This document shows, one piece after another, positions 58,047 to 64,000 of a DNA stretch of 64,000 nt. The stretch's first letter is position 1. The number at the start of each line of letters is the position of its first letter. The DNA comes from an uncultured delta proteobacterium. GTDB lineage: Bacteria > Myxococcota_A > Polyangia > Polyangiales > JAFGIB01. The DNA is taken from the NCBI GenBank assembly GCA_963778655.1, contig CAVZVA010000012.1:96001-160000 (forward strand), written 5' to 3'. Position numbers and translations under genes: made by a program. The notes under the pieces are model-generated. The model had not been told where the DNA came from. It saw only the letters and a program-made list of their open reading frames with translations, and did not search any database.

Positions 58047-60343
58047 TCGCTCGCCGAGCAGCCTTCTTCCGAGTGTACCCCTGCGCTCGGCGCGGGGTCG
58101 AGCAGGTGCAGCTCCACGCGGTCGTTCTTTCTTCGTCCCCACGGGACGTTGTCCGGTGCGATAGGTCTGCTCTGGCCACACCCGTAGGCCTTGATGCGCT
58201 CGGGTGCGACTCCAGCTGTCGCTAGCTGCTTGCGCAACGCGGCGGCGCGGCGCGCGCTCAGCGCGAGGCTCGCCTTCGCATCGTCGCCGCCCGCGACGTG
58301 GTCCTCGAGCGCCACTTTCATCGTGGGGTTGGCGCGCAGCGTCGCGGCCAGCTCCACCACGTAGCTGCGGCTGTGCTCGCTGACCTCGTCGCTGCCCTCT
58401 TCGAAGCGGATCGGTTTGAGCAGCTCGATGCGGCCGCCCGCGAGGTCGACGCGGTGGCTCTCGGGGCACCCCTTGTCGGCGGCCCGACCGGGTGCGAGCG
58501 GGCAAGCATCCTTGGCGTTGGCGCTGCCGTCGCCATCGGCGTCGGCCTGCGGTTGGCTCGCGAGCAACGCGGCCACTTGCGCGGTGGTGGCGCTCGCGGC
58601 CAGCGCGGGTGCCGGTGCGGGCGCCGGTGCCGCAGTCGGTTTGGGCGCGGCCGGCCCGGGCAGCGGCTGGCTGAGCGCGGCCGGCGCACGCGTGGCAGCC
58701 GCCGGCGGCGGGCTCTCGACCGGGTTGCAACCCAGGCTCGAGCGCAAGCCGGCGGCCGGCAGCGGCGAGACCACGTACAGCTCGATGCGCTCGTTGCGCT
58801 GGTGCTGGCTGCTGCGCTCGGGCACCAGCGGTCGATTGCTGCCGCAGCCCACGGCCTCGACGCGCGCCGAGTCCACGCCTCGCGCCAGCAGCCAGGCGCG
58901 CAGTGCCGCCGCGCGCGCAACGCTGACCGCCATCGTCTTGCGCGCGTCGGCGCCGCGGGCCATGTGCGCCTCGACCCGCACGTGCAGCTCCGGGTTGGCG
59001 CGCAGCGCCGCGAGCAGCTCGCCCAACACCTCGTCGTCGCCGAGCACGGGCTTGTCCGCGCTCCCGGTGAAACGCGGCAGCCGCTGCAGCGCGATCTCGC
59101 CCGAGTGCTCGTCGTAGTCGAGGAAGCGCGGGCAGCCGCTGCGGTCGGGCGGCCCGGGCAGCCGCGGACAGCGATCCTCGGCATCGAGCGTGCCGTCGTG
59201 ATCGCGATCCTGGAGCACCAGCGTGGGCACGCTTTGGGGCGGGGCCGCCGGGCTCGCCGCGGCATGCGGGGCTGCGGCCTCGGGCGGCTGGGGCTCGACC
59301 GGTTGCGCTTCGGGCTCGGGCCGCGCCTGCGGCTCGGCCTGCTCCGGGGCGCCTGAAGGCCCGCGGCTCGCGTACCCGACCATGGCGACCACGCGCGCCT
59401 GCGGCGAGCCGTAGCCGCGCAGGATGCCGAGACCCGCGCCCAGTCCCACGGTGAACCCCGAGAGCGGGCCGAGCTTGAGCCCGAGCAGCGCTTCCAGCGG
59501 TGAGCTCTGGCGATTGCCGACGTCGTCGAGCGGCGAGCCGCCGTGCAGCTCGCCGATCGCGCGCAGCAGGTCGGGGACGAACGGCCAGCAAACTCCGGCG
59601 CCGAACGTGAGCACGTCGGTGAAGCGCGTGCCGGCGAAGCGCGCGTCCTTGCGCCAGCGCGCGCCCACGTCGAACAGCAGCGAAAGCGGCCCGGCCTCGA
59701 TCTCGCTCGTCACTTCGGGCTGCGCGGTCACGCCGTTGTCGCCCGCCACGCCCGGGCGTCCGTGCGATCCGCGCTCGGCCGTGGGCGCCGTCAGCGTGAG
59801 CTGGAACGCCACCTGCGCCTGCTTGCCGCGATAGAAGCGTAGCCGACCGCCCAGCTGCAGGTCGCCGGCGCCGAAGCCGGTCGCGGTCGGTTGCGTGCCC
59901 AGCGTCTGGCCGCTCATCACCAGGTTCACGGGCAAGCCCGCGTAGAGCAGCGCGATCTCGTAGAGGCCGAGCGAGACCAGCGCGTGCGCGGTGAGCTGAT
60001 CGCTCACCAGCTCGACGCTCTGGCTGCTGCTGCGACCGGCGACGTTCTCGAAGACCAGCGGATCGGAAGCGTAGTCGAGCTGCAGCTCGGCGCTGTAACC
60101 GAGGTGCGGGCCGACCTCGGCTCCGCTCGACGCAAAGCCGTCTTCGGGTCGCGGCGCGGGCCGGTACTGATCGAGCGTGGAGGAAGGCGCCGCATGCACG
60201 CGCGAAGCCCACGCGCAGCCGAGCGCCAGCGCCAGCGCCAGCGTTCGTCCTGCCCGCGCGTCGCGGCACGCCAGCGCCCCCGTCGCGCCACCGCGCCCGC
60301 TCGGCCGGCCCGCGCGAGCAGGCTCTGGTTCCGGTCTCGACAC
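58043..60343 (-). CDS. OmpA-family outer-membrane protein with TSP3 repeats and two OmpA-like domains
   Basis: Signal peptide, barrel-like N-terminus, DRDHDG..DRCP and DADGDG..DACP repeats, two domains ending NERIEL and NDRVEL. Confidence 0.8.
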   Translation of the reverse strand: MSRPEPEPARAGRPSGRGGATGALACRDARAGRTLALALALGCAWASRVHAAPSSTLDQYRPAPRPEDGFASSGAEVGPHLGYSAELQLDYASDPLVFENVAGRSSSQSVELVSDQLTAHALVSLGLYEIALLYAGLPVNLVMSGQTLGTQPTATGFGAGDLQLGGRLRFYRGKQAQVAFQLTLTAPTAERGSHGRPGVAGDNGVTAQPEVTSEIEAGPLSLLFDVGARWRKDARFAGTRFTDVLTFGAGVCWPFVPDLLRAIGELHGGSPLDDVGNRQSSPLEALLGLKLGPLSGFTVGLGAGLGILRGYGSPQARVVAMVGYASRGPSGAPEQAEPQARPEPEAQPVEPQPPEAAAPHAAASPAAPPQSVPTLVLQDRDHDGTLDAEDRCPRLPGPPDRSGCPRFLDYDEHSGEIALQRLPRFTGSADKPVLGDDEVLGELLAALRANPELHVRVEAHMARGADARKTMAVSVARAAALRAWLLARGVDSARVEAVGCGSNRPLVPERSSQHQRNERIELYVVSPLPAAGLRSSLGCNPVESPPPAAATRAPAALSQPLPGPAAPKPTAAPAPAPAPALAASATTAQVAALLASQPQADADGDGSANAKDACPLAPGRAADKGCPESHRVDLAGGRIELLKPIRFEEGSDEVSEHSRSYVVELAATLRANPTMKVALEDHVAGGDDAKASLALSARRAAALRKQLATAGVAPERIKAYGCGQSRPIAPDNVPWGRRKNDRVELHLLDPAPSAGVHSEEGCSASE

Positions 60344-60383
60344 GCGCCTGCCATGATAGCCCAGCGAGAAAACGCGGGAGAAA

Positions 60384-61400
60384 TTGGCCGAGCCCGTACG
60401 GCCAAAGCAGGCCGTGCGCGCAGCGGCACGACGTGCACAGGCGTGGGAGCGCGCGCGGATGGTCGGGGACGAGGCTACATGTGCGTCCCGGACGCGTTCG
60501 CCCTATGCTGGGAGCTCCGTGCGGCGTGCCCTTCTCTCAGCCGGCTTGCTCTCGGCGTTGTTGCTGTGCAGCGTCCCCGGCGCGGCATTCGAGTCGCTGC
60601 TGCCCCGCTTGCCCCGCGGCGGCCGGCTGAGCGCGCTGATCGGCGACACCCAAGCGCGGGCGGTGGTGCGGGACGGGCCGTTGCTCGGCGAAGGGGTCGA
60701 GCGCACCGAGCTGCTGGGCGACGGCACGCTGCGGGTGACCCGCAGCCGCACCTATACGCAAGCGCGGCGGCCGGACTCGGGCAGGCTGGTGGCGTTGCCG
60801 GAGCCGTGGCGCATCCGCTCGACCTTGCTGCTCTCGCCTTCGCTGCGCTTGCTGCGCGCCGACACCACGCTCGAGCTGCACCGCTCAGCCGACCGCGCGC
60901 TGCGCTACCCGCTCAGCGAGAAGCTGTCGGAGCTGTTCGAGCAGGACCGCGTCTCGCTGCGCGCGGCCGCGCGCGGCGCCAGCCTGGTGCGCACGCTGTA
61001 CCTGCGCGGCCGCCGCACCGACCGCTCGAGCTACGCCTATCCGCGTGACGCGATTCCACTCGACATCATTTCGCTCGTGCTTGCGATCGCGGTGCGCAAT
61101 CGCGTCGAGCGCTTCGATTACCAGCTGCTGCTGCCCGACGGTTCGAGCCACGGCGTGCGCGCGCGGGTGTACAGGACGCGCGACCCGACTCCATTTGCGC
61201 GCGACTACCGGCTGCCCGTGGGCAGCCTGCGGCTGGGCGCCGAGCTGGCGATCGTCGACATGTCGCTGGCGTCGCCGATCAAGCACCTATTCTATCCACA
61301 CCACTTCTACTTCGTGTACGCGAGCGACGACCCTGCCAAGCTGCTCGCGCTGTGGGGCGGCGATCCCGACGAGCCGCTGTATGCGTTTCGCCGGCCCTGA
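60384..61400 (+). CDS. Hypothetical exported protein
   Basis: Hydrophobic signal-like segment LLSAGLLSALLLC and coding-like codon use. The true start may be 60459 or 60519. Confidence 0.6.
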   Translation: MAEPVRPKQAVRAAARRAQAWERARMVGDEATCASRTRSPYAGSSVRRALLSAGLLSALLLCSVPGAAFESLLPRLPRGGRLSALIGDTQARAVVRDGPLLGEGVERTELLGDGTLRVTRSRTYTQARRPDSGRLVALPEPWRIRSTLLLSPSLRLLRADTTLELHRSADRALRYPLSEKLSELFEQDRVSLRAAARGASLVRTLYLRGRRTDRSSYAYPRDAIPLDIISLVLAIAVRNRVERFDYQLLLPDGSSHGVRARVYRTRDPTPFARDYRLPVGSLRLGAELAIVDMSLASPIKHLFYPHHFYFVYASDDPAKLLALWGGDPDEPLYAFRRP

Positions 61401-61441
61401 CGGGCGCGCGGAAGGCCTCATTGCGGCTCGCGGACGGTGCG

Positions 61442-62218
61442 CTACGCGCTGCGCTTGCCCTTGGAGCCGTTGCCGCTGCTCTTGGCGCTGTCGCGGCGTG
61501 GCGGCGAGAACGGCTGCCGCGCCGCTGCCAGCGGCACCACGTCCTGGAGCCCGGCCGCGCGCAAGGTGGAACGCATGATCGCGCGCGAGCTGCGGGCCAG
61601 TGAATCGACCACCATCTGGCGGTCCTCGGCGTAGCGCCCGTCCAGCAGCGCCTCGGCGGCGGCGAAGTACAACCCCAGCATCTGCTCGCTCCAGAAAGCT
61701 ACCAGCTGCTGGTGCTCGGGACGGAAGCCCACGGCCTGCGCGTTGCGCCACATGTCCTGAGTGATGTCTTCGCGCACGCGCTTGGCAGCCTGGCGCATGT
61801 AGCCGCCGAGCAGCGAGGGATCGCGGCGGTAGCGCAGGAACAGGTGCGCGAAGGCCGGATCGGACAAGAATGCGTCCAGGATGTCCGCGTACATCGCGCG
61901 GCTGATCTCGAAGTTGGCGATGTCCTTGACGTGTTGCAGGCGATCGAAGGCGCGCTTGCGCACCCCCCTGATCTTGGCGCGGATCTCGTCGATCACCTGG
62001 GAGATCGCGGTACGCACCAGATCGTCGACGTTCTTGAAGTGCGCGTAGAAGCCGGGCTGCGCGATGCCGGCGGCGCGCGCGATGCGGCTGGTGGTGAGCG
62101 CGGGCAGGCCCTCCTGGCGCAGCAGCTCGATGGTGACCTGTATCAAGCGCGCTCGCGTCTCGCCCTGCTTGCCGCGGCGGCCCGGCTCGCGCGTCGATGG
62201 GGGTAGATCGGAGCTCAT
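61442..62218 (-). CDS. TetR/AcrR-family transcriptional regulator
   Basis: TRARLI...ALTTSRIARAAGIAQPGFYAHFKNVDDL HTH. Confidence 0.9.
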   Translation of the reverse strand: MSSDLPPSTREPGRRGKQGETRARLIQVTIELLRQEGLPALTTSRIARAAGIAQPGFYAHFKNVDDLVRTAISQVIDEIRAKIRGVRKRAFDRLQHVKDIANFEISRAMYADILDAFLSDPAFAHLFLRYRRDPSLLGGYMRQAAKRVREDITQDMWRNAQAVGFRPEHQQLVAFWSEQMLGLYFAAAEALLDGRYAEDRQMVVDSLARSSRAIMRSTLRAAGLQDVVPLAAARQPFSPPRRDSAKSSGNGSKGKRSA

Positions 62219-62299
62219 CGCGAAAGCTGCGCAAGGCTCGACACCGGAGCCTGCTACTTGTCTGTGCCTTGCGGCTCGTGTTGTGGCTCGCGAAAAGAA

Positions 62300-62316
62300 C
62301 GCCCAAATCGTGCCAG
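62300..62316 (-). promoter_or_regulatory. Candidate sigma-54 promoter upstream of the TetR gene
   Basis: CTGGCACGATTTGGGCG: TGGCACG -24 box with GG-N10-GC spacing; -12 box imperfect. Confidence 0.35.
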
Positions 62317-62718
62317 CCTGCGCGCAAACCTGGCCACTCCACGCCAGTGGCGGGACGCAAGTGCTCGCGATCATTGCACTCCGACCACTCGGGCCGAGCG
62401 ACGGCCGGCCGGGCCCACGTGGCAGCGCACCGCGTCCTCCGGCCGGTCTGGACTGCACCGGCCGGAGGACGAGGCACTGGTGGTGGTGTCGGTGGTGGAG
62501 GTCGCGTGAGCGAACGGTGAACGGTCTTTCCGTCTTGGCCCGCCCGACTCGCGCAACGGGGCGCTCGGTAGCCCCCGTCGAGAGGAGTTGACTATGGAAT
62601 CGAGGCGACCGCAAGCCGGCAGTGGGCCCTCAGCCTGGCGAGGCCTCGAACTGTGAGCTTTTGCTTGCACTTCCGGCCCGCCCATCCCGGGGGGGACCGC
62701 CCGCCGCGGGCCCGGCGC

Positions 62719-64000
<1,282 letters not shown>

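Noticed and set aside
57162..60269. 1035-aa ORF in the track
   Set aside because: Only the last 294 codons (PilZ-J) look protein-like; the rest is an alternative frame of the OmpA gene, open because of high GC.

Overview
Very GC-rich bacterial DNA with a myxobacterial (Polyangiales-like) gene style; the taxonomy is inferred from Gly/Ala-rich lipoprotein linkers, a TSP3-OmpA protein and a DnaK paralogue. Positions 1-2.7 kb and 9.6-42 kb form a large mixed-orientation surface-glycosylation locus: about nine polytopic GT-C-like membrane proteins, three polyprenyl-phosphate GT2 enzymes, three flippase-type proteins, GT4 enzymes, a WbuXYZ-like amidotransferase trio, WecB, WbpO/WbpP-like enzymes and a sulfotransferase. 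Positions 3-9.5 kb hold secreted lipoproteins (two cutinase/PETase-fold hydrolases, a pectinesterase, a diheme cytochrome c) and an AraC regulator. Positions 42-64 kb are mostly metabolic: DAHP synthase, SDR, speD/speE, acyl-CoA synthetase, malic enzyme, NCS2 permease, an OmpA/PilZ-J-domain/DnaK operon, TetR and a plant-type IlvC. The strongest signals missing from the ORF track are: (1) a leader-peptide attenuator with Tyr, Phe and Trp codons upstream of DAHP synthase; (2) a hairpin-dense intergenic region at 4.26-4.75 kb; (3) a roughly 170-bp MITE-like element in two copies, each abutting a stop codon; (4) a Gmd-like 28-aa uORF coupled to wecB; (5) a candidate sRNA at 62.4-62.6 kb. No rRNA, tRNA, CRISPR array or transposase was recognised. 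All family calls come from motif recognition by eye, not database searches.
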